A DNA stretch of 64,000 nt from a virus. Under the pieces are notes generated by a model. The model worked only from the letters and a program-made list of their open reading frames with translations. It had not been told where the DNA came from and made no database searches. The first letter of the stretch is position 1. Each line of letters opens with the position of its first letter. Of the stretch, positions 39,139 to 48,094 are shown one piece after another. Location of the stretch: positions 1 through 64,000 of the IMG/VR virus record IMGVR_UViG_3300044833_000182. One strand, written 5' to 3'. A program made the translations under genes and the position numbers.

Positions 39139-39188
39139 CTCGCGGCCACTGATGACCACTGGCGTACATCTCGCGGCCACTGATGACC
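39139..39188 (+). repeat. 19-bp exact direct repeat, 31-bp period
   Basis: CTCGCGGCCACTGATGACC at 39139 and 39170. Confidence 0.85.
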
Positions 39189-39227
39189 GGGCAAAGCCGA
39201 TGCCAAAAAATAGAGAAAATGTAGCTG

Positions 39228-39255
39228 TTGACAGCATGGAAATCGCGTGTAATCT
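39228..39255 (+). promoter_or_regulatory. Sigma70-type promoter
   Basis: TTGACA-16 bp-TAATCT with A-rich upstream tract. Confidence 0.55.
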
Positions 39256-39285
39256 TCTTGAGTCGCCTGCGAAAGGCCCTCGACC

Positions 39286-39594
39286 ATGACGAGCGAAACG
39301 CGGCTCATGTCCGCCTTGCACGACCTGCCCGCGGGCAACGCCGAGCCCGCCGCCAGCGCACCGCAACCGGCTGCGAAGGTGCTGTCTCCGATCAAACTCC
39401 CCTGCCCGTTGTGCGGAGAGGAAGACGCTGACATCAGCGTGCATCTGGCGAACCTGGGGAGCGGTGAAGAGTTCATGTGCGACGACTGCGGCGAGGACTT
39501 CAGCATCGCCGAGGTTCGCCGGTTCATCGCCCGATGGACGCCGATTTTGGATTGGTTGAGCGCCATTCCGACGACGCCGCCCGACGCCGAGTAA
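39286..39594 (+). CDS. Zinc-ribbon protein
   Basis: CPLCG...CDDCG. Confidence 0.65.
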   Translation: MTSETRLMSALHDLPAGNAEPAASAPQPAAKVLSPIKLPCPLCGEEDADISVHLANLGSGEEFMCDDCGEDFSIAEVRRFIARWTPILDWLSAIPTTPPDAE

Positions 39595-39631
39595 CGCCCC
39601 GCACCCCTTCGCCCCGACATGAGGCCACCAC

Positions 39632-39949
39632 ATGCTCACCCGCTCCCTCCGCACGCCGTACCCCCTGCCCACCGACGCGCCACCGCGCCGGCGCATCACG
39701 GAGGTTGAGGCCGCCGTCATGGTGTCGGCCGTGGGCGGCCTGGCGGACCTGGTGGCCGTGCGGAAGACGCTGGCGATGTTGCTCAACTGGGACCGCGAGC
39801 AGCAGGACCGCGAGATCGAGGCGGCGCGGCGCAGCGGCCGGGTCACGGGGACGGCGCGCGAGGGACGCAACGGTGTGACGGCCGAGCAGCGGGCGACGGA
39901 GACGGCGGACGGGTGCGGGTATCTGAGCATCCGCGAGGAGGGGGCATGA
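39632..39949 (+). CDS. Hypothetical protein
   Basis: Coupled to MTase gene. Confidence 0.55.
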   Translation: MLTRSLRTPYPLPTDAPPRRRITEVEAAVMVSAVGGLADLVAVRKTLAMLLNWDREQQDREIEAARRSGRVTGTAREGRNGVTAEQRATETADGCGYLSIREEGA

Positions 39950-41181
39950 TCGCAACCGCAAAGGACGTGCTGGAGGGACGGGCGGCGTGGGCGTGTGACC
40001 CGGCCGACAACCTCGTATGGCTGGCCAGCCTTCCTGCGAGCTGCTGTTCGCTTTCGGTCACATCCCCGCCATACGAAGGTCAGAGACTTTACGGAGCCGT
40101 CAAGTTCAAGCTCGTGGGTCAGGCGTGGGTGGACTGGATGATTCCGCGCGTCGTCGAGATGTGCCGGGTCGTCAACGGTCTGGTGTGTATCAACATGAGC
40201 GGTTGCGTCGAGGATCGGATGTATCACCCCGTCGTCGAGTGGTTGGTTGCCGACCTGACGCGGAATCATGGTCTGGTGTGCGGCCCCGCCCCCTACGTCT
40301 TTTTCCGCTACGGTATCCCCGGCTCGGGAGGGTCGGGAAAAATCGACCGCTACCACCGGCGGGATTGGGAACCGGTGTACGCCTTTGCCCGTCTGGAGAA
40401 CCTGCCGCTGAAGTGGACGGACGCGACGGCGATGGGGCATCCGCCGAAGTGGGCGCCGGGTGGGGAGATGAGCAATCGGCTGAAGAACGGCCAGCGCGTC
40501 GGCAAGTTCGGTGCGGGCGGAAGCAGCAACAGCAAGGGAGGTATGGGCCGTAAGAAGAACGGCGAAATGGAACCGACGCGCAACTCTTCCCTGGCGGAAA
40601 CTGTGATCGTTGGCGGCGAGACTCCCGGTCTGTTCGGCCCTGTCGAGGAACCGCCAGCCGATCCCTACGGCCACGACCGCGCGACTTCGGGCGGCAAGAG
40701 AGCGAACGGCGAGCGGAAACCGCCAACGAAGCACGTCACCCGTCGCCGTCACGGCGACGGGGAGCGCGACGACGGCCAGTATGAACCGCCCGTTTTGGCG
40801 AACCCCGGGAATGTGATCAAGGCGCTGTACAACGCCGAAGAAGTCCGCCAACTCTTTGACGACCTCGTGACGCAGAAGATCGAGCCTGGCGACGTGGTCC
40901 GTTGTCTCGTCGGCGGCGGTCTGATGGGGCATCCGTTGTGCCACCGCAATGAAGCCCCGTTTCCAGAAAGCCTCGTGGAGTTCTTCATCCGTTCCTACGC
41001 CGCTCCCGGCAGCATCGTCCTTGACGCCTTCTCCGGGAGTGGTACGACGGGCGCCGTCGCGGTGCGGGAGGGGCGGCGGTTCATCGGCGCGGACGTGCGG
41101 CCCGATCAGATCGAGGTTGCCCGGCAGCGGATTAGTGGCGAGACGCCGTCTCTCTTCGCCGCGCAGGAGCCCCCGCCCTGA
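39946..41181 (+). CDS. DNA amino-methyltransferase, beta class (SPPY, likely m4C)
   Basis: TSPPY, APFPESLVEFFI, VLDAFSGSGTTG. Confidence 0.9.
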   Translation: MIATAKDVLEGRAAWACDPADNLVWLASLPASCCSLSVTSPPYEGQRLYGAVKFKLVGQAWVDWMIPRVVEMCRVVNGLVCINMSGCVEDRMYHPVVEWLVADLTRNHGLVCGPAPYVFFRYGIPGSGGSGKIDRYHRRDWEPVYAFARLENLPLKWTDATAMGHPPKWAPGGEMSNRLKNGQRVGKFGAGGSSNSKGGMGRKKNGEMEPTRNSSLAETVIVGGETPGLFGPVEEPPADPYGHDRATSGGKRANGERKPPTKHVTRRRHGDGERDDGQYEPPVLANPGNVIKALYNAEEVRQLFDDLVTQKIEPGDVVRCLVGGGLMGHPLCHRNEAPFPESLVEFFIRSYAAPGSIVLDAFSGSGTTGAVAVREGRRFIGADVRPDQIEVARQRISGETPSLFAAQEPPP

Positions 41182-41182
41182 C

Positions 41183-41290
41183 GAACCACCCCCTCCGGCC
41201 GCGCCAGGCCCCGCTCGTTGCGGAATCAGCCTGGCCGCCGCGGTTCACGCCCGCGGACGCATCCCTTGCCGGCCGGGATGGGGAGTTTTC
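41183..41290 (+). ncRNA. Intergenic structured element with C(UCGUU)G hairpin, copy 1
   Basis: CCGC-TCGTT-GCGG at 41211-41223 inside GCCAGGC/GCCTGGC stem. Confidence 0.5.
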
Positions 41291-41318
41291 AGATCGCCCG
41301 CAACCGAAGGAGCAACCT

Positions 41319-41756
41319 ATGGGAACTCGCGCCGACGTATATCTCGGTCGCGGCGAGCAGGCTGAATGGCTCGGCAGTATCGCCTGGGACGGCGACCCTG
41401 ACGGCGTCCAGGCCGCGCACCGCACCTACGGCGAACACGGCCGCGCCATGCTGCGGGCGACCGACGAGAAGGCGTTCCGCGAGGCCGTCAAGGCGTTCCT
41501 CGCGGCGCGCGAGGACGACGCCACCCTCCCGGAGATGGGCTGGCCGTGGCCGTGGGAGAACAGCCGCACCACGGATTTCGCCTACGCCTTCGACGGCGGC
41601 AAGGTGTGGGCGTCCTGCTTCGGTTATGCGTGGTTCGATCCGCTGCTGCCGATGCCGGAAAGCGACGGGCCAAAGTCGGCCGTTTTCCCGGACATGACGC
41701 ATCGCCAGAAGGTGACGATGGGGCCGCGGTCGGGGCTGATCGTGCTGGGAATGTAG
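41319..41756 (+). CDS. Conserved phage protein
   Basis: MGTRADVY..WLGSIAWDG. Confidence 0.7.
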   Translation: MGTRADVYLGRGEQAEWLGSIAWDGDPDGVQAAHRTYGEHGRAMLRATDEKAFREAVKAFLAAREDDATLPEMGWPWPWENSRTTDFAYAFDGGKVWASCFGYAWFDPLLPMPESDGPKSAVFPDMTHRQKVTMGPRSGLIVLGM

Positions 41757-41757
41757 C

Positions 41758-41856
41758 GAACCATCCCGGGCCGCGCCGCCGCGCCGAGAGCGTCGGCAGC
41801 GTGACACGCCTTCCTGCCCCGGCTCGTTGCTGGCGGCGGGTGGGCGGCCCGGGGGA
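41758..41856 (+). ncRNA. Intergenic structured element with C(UCGUU)G hairpin, copy 2
   Basis: CCCGGGCCGC/GCGGCCCGGG outer stem; CCGGC-TCGTT-GCTGG at 41819-41833. Confidence 0.5.
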
Positions 41857-41878
41857 AGGAAACAAAGGAGAAGACGAC

Positions 41879-42148
41879 ATGGCATGCCCCACATGTAATG
41901 CGACGATGGCAAACCTTGGCCTGGAAAGCGAACGCGTCTTCCACTGCGCGACGTGCGGGACGGTCAAGAGCGTGGACGCGAACGGATTCGAGAACGTGAC
42001 CGTTCCCGCACTCGTCGGCCGGGTGCGCGACTGTCTCAAGCAGTCCATCGCCGAGCCGCGCAGTTTCTCCGTCGCCGCGTGGTACTTCAGGGCGGCGTGC
42101 GAGGCGGCAGGCCTCGAGGTGGACGCTGTGAAGCAGGATTCACCGTGA
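41879..42148 (+). CDS. Zinc-ribbon protein
   Basis: CPTC...CATCG. Confidence 0.6.
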   Translation: MACPTCNATMANLGLESERVFHCATCGTVKSVDANGFENVTVPALVGRVRDCLKQSIAEPRSFSVAAWYFRAACEAAGLEVDAVKQDSP

Positions 42149-42259
42149 GACCAGCCGGCCGGACACGCCTTTTCATGAGGCGTTGGGGCGCACCCCGCAG
42201 ACGACTGGGCAACGTCTGCGGGCGTCCGGCTGGTGGATAGACGCCCGGAGGAAGCAACG

Positions 42260-42511
42260 ATGCCTGAAGACCCCATCGACCAGATCGCCCGCGAGCTTGG
42301 CCTGGGAGCCACGAACCGTTACCCACACGGCAAGAACGCCCCCGATGACGAGGGCGAACTGAGGGCTGGCGTCACGCTTCAGGACGAGTTCATCATCCTG
42401 GCGTTCGGCAAGCCGGTGTCATGGGTAAGCATGACGGCGGCGAATGCCCGAGAGATAGCGGCGCTATTGCTGAAGAAGGCTGACGCGCTGGACGTCGCAC
42501 GGCGAAACTGA
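42260..42511 (+). CDS. Conserved phage protein
   Basis: LGATNRYPHGK..DDEGEL..FGKPVSW. Confidence 0.7.
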   Translation: MPEDPIDQIARELGLGATNRYPHGKNAPDDEGELRAGVTLQDEFIILAFGKPVSWVSMTAANAREIAALLLKKADALDVARRN

Positions 42512-42541
42512 TCGCCCTTCACCCAACCGAAAGGACACACC

Positions 42542-42997
42542 ATGACCCTGAACGAACAGCCGCCGCTCGACGCCGACCGCTGGGATGACGCCGCCTACCG
42601 CGACGAACTGCTGCTGCGCGTGCTCCCGGAGTGTCTCTGGGACGACGCGAGCGGAGACTACTCCACGCCAGAGGAGGCGAACAAGCGCGCCGAAGACTTC
42701 GTCGCGGAGGCCATGCGCCGCCGGGCGGCAAGGCGCAAGAAGCGGCAGACGGACGCGACCGGCGCAGACGACTCGCCCAGCTTCATCGGCGCGGCCATCC
42801 ACCGGATCGACGGCGAGGAGCGGCGGCGCCGCCGGGACGCGCGGCCGGACGCCGTGGCGGCGAGGCAGCAACGCCGCCACCCGTCATGGACGCCGCGACA
42901 AGGTCCGAAGCCATCTCCCTGTCCGGGCAGGAAGCGCTCGACGCGCTTCTCCGCGACCGGGAACGGCACAAGGCGATCCGTCGTCAGGAGCCGCTGA
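42542..42997 (+). CDS. Hypothetical protein
   Basis: AAGGA RBS. Confidence 0.5.
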   Translation: MTLNEQPPLDADRWDDAAYRDELLLRVLPECLWDDASGDYSTPEEANKRAEDFVAEAMRRRAARRKKRQTDATGADDSPSFIGAAIHRIDGEERRRRRDARPDAVAARQQRRHPSWTPRQGPKPSPCPGRKRSTRFSATGNGTRRSVVRSR

Positions 42998-43152
42998 ACA
43001 GCGAGCCCGAGCCGGACGGCCGGTGTGCGGCGGGCGAGTGCGAAGTGATCGAAGTGGTGGACCAGCGGGAAGAGGCGTTACAGTTCCGAATCGTCGGTGG
43101 GGGCGAGCCCGAGAATATCCCGCACCACTATGAGGCAGACTTGCGGGACTGA
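42886..43152 (+). CDS. Hypothetical acidic protein
   Basis: ATG 42886; overlaps previous ORF. Confidence 0.4.
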   Translation: MDAATRSEAISLSGQEALDALLRDRERHKAIRRQEPLNSEPEPDGRCAAGECEVIEVVDQREEALQFRIVGGGEPENIPHHYEADLRD

Positions 43153-43297
43153 GTCACGAGGAAGCGCTACCTGCGGCGTGCCACATTCGCGGTTCCTAGG
43201 TTATCGCGTCATAGGCGTCAGCAGGAACCCCCGGACGCCCGCCCATAACGGCGGGGCCGCGTCGAGAGGCGCGCCGTAGCGACGGTCGGGGGACTTT

Positions 43298-43409
43298 GCC
43301 CCTGTGCATGGTGCATTCGACGAACTACTGCCGGTCTGGGCGCTGGGGCCGAAACCCCGTGCGACCCCATTCCGGCAGCGTTGATCGGGTTCGATTCCCG
43401 GCCGGGGCC
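43298..43409 (+). ncRNA. tRNA-like RNA with extended arm
   Basis: Acceptor GCCCCTG/CCGGGGC, T-arm TCGGG-TTCGATT-CCCGG, long stem TCGACG..CTGCCGG/CCGGCAG-CGTTGA. Confidence 0.6.
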
Positions 43410-43435
43410 TGAACAGAACTACGGAGAAACCAGCT

Positions 43436-43978
43436 ATGGAACGCTCCCCACCCGACGCCCCCACGCTCTCCGACCTGGCCGGCCGCGCCCGCGAACTGGC
43501 CGACGCCCTCGCCGTGTCCCCGCCCTGCACGGAGGCGATAGCGGGGCGGGCGTCGTGCCTCTCTCTGAAGGAACAGGAGTGGCGGCGATTCCGAGACCTG
43601 CGCAACGTCCCCTCCCTGACGCTCTACCGCCGGTTCGGCGAGCACGACCTCTGCCAGCCGTGCCGCGCCTACTGGTTCGCCCGCCGCTGCGAGATGGTGG
43701 TGCAAGAGATGCTTGACGCCGCGCCGCCGCCAGAAGCGCCGGCCGTTGCGCCGCCCGCGTTCGACCCGGCAGCGTGGTTCCAGCAGACGCGGCCGGGGTT
43801 TCCCGTCGCCTGCTTGGGGGCGGTAATGGTTCTCCCCGCGATGACCGATTGCCCTCTCGGCTCCCTCGTCCCGCTGGCAGAGTGGCTCCTGGAGCAGCGG
43901 CCGGATTTAGAGGGGGCGATTCACACGGCCGTGCTGGAGCTGACGCGGAATGAGGATTTGAACGCGGCGGGGTGCTGA
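43436..43978 (+). CDS. Hypothetical protein
   Basis: GGAG RBS. Confidence 0.6.
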   Translation: MERSPPDAPTLSDLAGRARELADALAVSPPCTEAIAGRASCLSLKEQEWRRFRDLRNVPSLTLYRRFGEHDLCQPCRAYWFARRCEMVVQEMLDAAPPPEAPAVAPPAFDPAAWFQQTRPGFPVACLGAVMVLPAMTDCPLGSLVPLAEWLLEQRPDLEGAIHTAVLELTRNEDLNAAGC

Positions 43979-44046
43979 GGATGAGGGGATGCGAGGAGAT
44001 TGAAAGCAGACGAGAATTTGGGCGGATATAGCGGAAGGAGATCCAG

Positions 44047-44607
44047 ATGACGAAAAAGGCAAGTCCGAAAAAGGCGAGTCGCCGCGTAAGCGTGAGCGAC
44101 CGTGCCAGCGAAATCATTCAGAGGACGTGGGGGGATGTCCCCGTTCTCGATGCCACGGAGAATTTGCGCGTATTCATTCTTCCGGAAGACACGGTCGGCG
44201 CAGTCCGAAAAGATCCTGGATGCTGCGTCTTCGCGCGTGCATGCCAACGCACCTTTGGGGCAACAAAGGTTCTCTTTTTCCGCTCCGTTGCCTACGTCGA
44301 ACTTCCCGACGACGCGGGCAAGAAGCGGGTCGAGAGGTTTACCATGACCCCGGGCATGCGCAAACTCGTCGAGGCGTTCGATGCGGGGAAAAGCGTGATT
44401 CCCGAGGGTGGCTTCCTGCTGAAAGCACCTACTTACAGCAGGACCTTTGAACACTCCCGCGCCAAGAAAACCGCACAGCGGGAGCGGCAGAAGTTGCTCG
44501 GCAAGGCAGAACGAAAAGGCAACGCGGGCTCTGGCAGATACGAAGACGCTCCGCTCGTCGTTGATCTTTCTGTCCGTTCAGGTACGGGAGCCGTCCATTT
44601 CTCCTAG
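44047..44607 (+). CDS. Hypothetical basic protein
   Basis: AAGGAG RBS. Confidence 0.65.
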   Translation: MTKKASPKKASRRVSVSDRASEIIQRTWGDVPVLDATENLRVFILPEDTVGAVRKDPGCCVFARACQRTFGATKVLFFRSVAYVELPDDAGKKRVERFTMTPGMRKLVEAFDAGKSVIPEGGFLLKAPTYSRTFEHSRAKKTAQRERQKLLGKAERKGNAGSGRYEDAPLVVDLSVRSGTGAVHFS

Positions 44608-44649
44608 AAGGACGGTTCGCCCGGATGCTGAACACAGGAGACCGGCACG

Positions 44650-44832
44650 ATGCCCACACTCACCCGATGGACGCCCTTCGCGGCAGGCGTCTGCAAAAAG
44701 CTCAGGCGCTGGCTGCTGTTCGCAGCCGGCATGCTGCTGGGGACTTTGGAAGCCACCCTCTGGCTAGGCGAGTACGAGTTGCTCGCGGCGGCGCTGATGT
44801 TGATGGAAGCGGCGGTGGGAGAGACCTACTAA
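44650..44832 (+). CDS. Small hydrophobic protein
   Basis: AGGAG RBS. Confidence 0.5.
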   Translation: MPTLTRWTPFAAGVCKKLRRWLLFAAGMLLGTLEATLWLGEYELLAAALMLMEAAVGETY

Positions 44833-44853
44833 CGCCCTGAAGAGAAAACGCTG

Positions 44854-45432
44854 ATGCTCGCCGCCGAAGAAGACGCCCTGATCCGCCTCCACTGGCCTCT
44901 GGCCCGCCTCCTGGCTGGCAAGCACGGTCGCGGCCGTCTGCGCTCCGACGACGGCGAGCGCCTCAGCGACGCCCTGCTTGGCCTGCTTCGCGCCGTCCGC
45001 ACTCACCGCCCGCACTGGTTGCACCTGCACGCCTGGATCGAACGAAAGGTTAGAGGCGCTCTCCTCGACGGCGACCGCGAGCGGAGCGTGATGTCACGGT
45101 CACTGACGAAAGAAGTTGTCGCCGGCCGTCGCGAGGCCCTTCACCCTGCGACGAGACAGGAATTGCCTGATGGGATTTTCAGTCTGCCTGACTGCCGTGA
45201 GGAGGCTCCCGATGCTTCCCTCGTGCGCCGGGACCTGCTTGGCCGCCTGCTGCGCGACCTCAGCGTCAGCGAGCGCTCGACGGTTGAGCGCTATTACCTC
45301 GACGGTCTGACCCACGCGCAGATTGCAGCGGCGGACAGTCTCTCTCGGACGGGCGTCTTGCGGCGTCTCACTGATCTGATGCAGCAGTTGCGCGAGAAGG
45401 CCGCGCTGCTGGCCGAACGGGAGAAACGCTGA
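44854..45432 (+). CDS. Sigma-70 family factor (FliA/WhiG-like)
   Basis: SDALLGLLRAV..WIERKVRGALLD; LSVSERSTVERYYLDGLTHAQIA. Confidence 0.75.
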   Translation: MLAAEEDALIRLHWPLARLLAGKHGRGRLRSDDGERLSDALLGLLRAVRTHRPHWLHLHAWIERKVRGALLDGDRERSVMSRSLTKEVVAGRREALHPATRQELPDGIFSLPDCREEAPDASLVRRDLLGRLLRDLSVSERSTVERYYLDGLTHAQIAAADSLSRTGVLRRLTDLMQQLREKAALLAEREKR

Positions 45433-46049
45433 TGCCCGCCGCCGACTTGGCCCGCCGTTCCACCTGCCGCCCGGGACTGACGAGCCGCAGCTACCGCCGG
45501 GAGCACCCGTCGAAGGCGCTGGCCCCGGCCAGCGATTGCTGCCTGCTGGACGCGGCCCGACAGGAGAGGATCGCCCAGCACGCCGCCCGCCGCCGAGAGG
45601 GAATTGCCGTGACGCGACAATCGATCCTCGCCGAAGTGTCTGCCGAACGCGACCGTCAGGACCGCGACTACGGCGCCAGGCATGATGACGGCCTTCAGCG
45701 AAACGACTGGTCTGCCATCGCCGCCCGTCATCTCGGGCTCGCTTCCAGCGACGGCGCGGAGACGGACGCCGACCGCTGGCGTCGCCAACTCATCCGCCTC
45801 GCAGCCGTTGCCGTGGCCGCCATCGAGTCAGCCGACCGCAAGGGCCAATCTCACCCGGAACTGGCGGCACGATTGCAGGCGCTCGCCGATCAGCACTGCG
45901 AGCCCGTGTTGCTGCTGGCGGACGGTGCGCCCGGGATGGAGTACCGGTCGCGCACTCCCTACGGCGTGTTGCTGAGTCAGGCGAGCGGGTGGGAGAAGGC
46001 AAATCAGATGAGGACGATTGAGCCAACGAAAATGGAGGGCGTCTCGTGA
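45432..46049 (+). CDS. MazG-like helical protein (alternative GTG start 45609)
   Basis: EVSAERDRQD..W..RRQLIRLAAVAVAAIES. Confidence 0.5.
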   Translation: MPAADLARRSTCRPGLTSRSYRREHPSKALAPASDCCLLDAARQERIAQHAARRREGIAVTRQSILAEVSAERDRQDRDYGARHDDGLQRNDWSAIAARHLGLASSDGAETDADRWRRQLIRLAAVAVAAIESADRKGQSHPELAARLQALADQHCEPVLLLADGAPGMEYRSRTPYGVLLSQASGWEKANQMRTIEPTKMEGVS

Positions 46050-46570
46050 AACGCTGCCTTATTTACAGAGGCTTGCCGGGCGCCGGAAAAAGTACGGCGG
46101 TTCGCTGGCGTCGAGCATCCCTCGCCTGGGACGGCGTCGAGTTCGTGGTTTGCTCTTCAGACGATCACTTCATCGGGCCCGACGGCGTCTATCGCTTCGC
46201 GCTCGCCGAGTTGCCTGATGCTCACGCCGCATGTCAGCAGAAATGCCTGGACGCAATGGCCCGGGGCGTCAGCGTGGTCCTGATCGACAACACCAACGTC
46301 ACCGCGAGGGAGTGCAGGCCATACGTCGATCTCGCTCAGCGGTACGGCTACACCGTGGAGTTCGTCGAGCCCAGCACGCCGTGGGCGTTCGACCTGACGG
46401 AGTTGAGCAACCGCAACACGCACGGCGTTCCCTTGGCGACCCTCCAGCGGATGCTGTCGCGATGGGTTCCCGACATGACCGTGGAGAAGGCGCTGACGGC
46501 CGACCCCGCGCCTGGGAAGCCGACCAACGATGAACGATGCGCCGATCTCGCCCGGGAGGTGCGGAAATGA
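46046..46570 (+). CDS. P-loop kinase (AAA_33, N4BP2-like)
   Basis: RGLPGAGKST, SSDDHF, IDNTN, RNTHGVP. Confidence 0.85.
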   Translation: MKRCLIYRGLPGAGKSTAVRWRRASLAWDGVEFVVCSSDDHFIGPDGVYRFALAELPDAHAACQQKCLDAMARGVSVVLIDNTNVTARECRPYVDLAQRYGYTVEFVEPSTPWAFDLTELSNRNTHGVPLATLQRMLSRWVPDMTVEKALTADPAPGKPTNDERCADLAREVRK

Positions 46571-46857
46571 GCAAATCCCTCAACCTCGACCGCCTCTCCC
46601 CTGACGACCTGCGCCGTCTGGTTGTCGTCCTGATCAGCCGCCTCGACCAGGCCCGCATGGGCGAACGCGACGCCGGACGCAGTGCGACCAGGGCGACGCT
46701 GCAAGCCGCGGCAGCACTGGCAAACGAGCGGCGAGCGGTGCAGGAGACGATCGAAGCGGTTCGCGGCGAGCGGGACGCTCTGCGCTGGGCGGCGGAGGCG
46801 GAGCGGGAGGTGCGGGGGCTGCGATGGATGCTGAAGCAAGAGAGGAGGAGAAAGTGA
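46567..46857 (+). CDS. Hypothetical coiled-coil protein
   Basis: ATGA overlap. Confidence 0.55.
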   Translation: MSKSLNLDRLSPDDLRRLVVVLISRLDQARMGERDAGRSATRATLQAAAALANERRAVQETIEAVRGERDALRWAAEAEREVRGLRWMLKQERRRK

Positions 46858-47075
46858 GCTACAACCGCGAGAGCCTGATTCCGTTCTCAACCTGGAAACA
46901 CGTCGTGACCGGGTCGTTTTACACCGTCTTCGGCATTGCCTCCTGCTCCACGAACGGGCCGCGCGAAGGAGTGGAGGAATCCGTGGTCTACGTCAGCCAC
47001 ACATACGATGGGTTGCTCTACCGCGAACTCAGCGAATTCACCGATGGCAGATTTGAGCCGGTTACGCCCACCTGA
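46854..47075 (+). CDS. DUF1653-like protein
   Basis: WKH..G..Y.V.GIA..VVY..R.LSEF..RF. Confidence 0.65.
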   Translation: MSYNRESLIPFSTWKHVVTGSFYTVFGIASCSTNGPREGVEESVVYVSHTYDGLLYRELSEFTDGRFEPVTPT

Positions 47076-47077
47076 AG

Positions 47078-47152
47078 CCGCGGCCGGCGGCGGGTGTGCG
47101 GGCGCTCGCTCGTTGCGGACAACATCGCTGGGCTCGCGCCCGATGGCCGGCC
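47078..47152 (+). ncRNA. Intergenic structured element with C(UCGUU)G hairpin, copy 3
   Basis: CGGCCGGC/GCCGGCCG outer stem; TCGC-TCGTT-GCGG at 47106-47118. Confidence 0.5.
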
Positions 47153-47174
47153 GTGAACGGATCTGGAGGGGAAA

Positions 47175-47780
47175 ATGATCAGCTTGATTGTTGCCATGAC
47201 CAAACGCGGCGTCATCGGGGACAGCGGCCGAATCCCCTGGCACTGTCCGCCGGACCTGAAGCGGTTCCGTGATCTCACGATGGAAAAGGCTGTCGTCTTC
47301 GGTCGCAAGACGTGGGAGAGCATCAGCAAGCCGCTTCCCGGACGGCGCGTCTGGGTCCTCACGCATCGACCGGACCTGTACGAGACGGCAACGGCCGACG
47401 ACCCGGATTACTTCGGACATCTATGGGAGCAATTGGTGCATCTGGGCGCTGGTTGGCCGGAGGTGCTGATCTGCGGCGGCGCGTCGGTGTACCGGCAGGC
47501 GCTCGCTCTGACCACGCAACTCGGGGGAATCGACTGGAAGAAAGCGCCGCCGATGGTGACGCGGATGTATCTCACGGAGTTGGACGCCGACGTTCCCGGT
47601 AGCGTCTTCTTCCCGCCGTGGGACCGCGGCGTGTGGCGAGTGATCTCGTCGGAGCGGTGTGAGGGCGACGGGCCGAACGCGATGCCGCACACGTTCAGCG
47701 TCCTGGAACGTTCCGGGAGAGCGGTTCCCCCGGGCTCTTCGCCCGCAACCTCCTTGTCAGAGGGCGCGCCTATGGGCTGA
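47175..47780 (+). CDS. folA: Dihydrofolate reductase
   Basis: MISLIVAM..VIG..IPW..DLKRFRDLT..GRKTWESI.KPLPGR, ICGGASVY, YLT. Confidence 0.9.
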   Translation: MISLIVAMTKRGVIGDSGRIPWHCPPDLKRFRDLTMEKAVVFGRKTWESISKPLPGRRVWVLTHRPDLYETATADDPDYFGHLWEQLVHLGAGWPEVLICGGASVYRQALALTTQLGGIDWKKAPPMVTRMYLTELDADVPGSVFFPPWDRGVWRVISSERCEGDGPNAMPHTFSVLERSGRAVPPGSSPATSLSEGAPMG

Positions 47781-47868
47781 CGTGATAGTGAAGGCAGGTT
47801 GGGGCGCGGCGGCGTCTGCTGGCAATCGAACGCCGCCGCGCGTTTCGCCCGGGAAAGGAGCATCGACG

Positions 47869-48081
47869 ATGGAAGACAACAAAGATCCTCAGGGGTGTTT
47901 CTACTGCTGCCTCGCCGCGGTGCATGTCTGCTCTGGGTCCGGCGGCTGCGGCAAGCCGATCTGCGTCGTTCACAGCCAGCCTTACGATGGGGGCGGCGGC
48001 TGGCGGTGCCAGACGATTCTGACGCCAGCAGCTGAACTGGCGGTCACGCCCGCCAGCGAGGATGACGGTTCGCCTGACTGA
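47869..48081 (+). CDS. Small Cys-rich protein
   Basis: AAGGAG RBS. Confidence 0.5.
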   Translation: MEDNKDPQGCFYCCLAAVHVCSGSGGCGKPICVVHSQPYDGGGGWRCQTILTPAAELAVTPASEDDGSPD

Positions 48082-48094
48082 GAGAGGAGACGCG

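Noticed and set aside
43298-43409. tmRNA gene
   Set aside because: Far too short, no tag ORF, no alanine identity pair
41212-47118. CGCTCGTTGCGG in two hairpin elements is complementary to the 16S rRNA region near position 1100
   Set aside because: Only 12 nt, absent from the other two copies, and tied up in its own stem; probably chance
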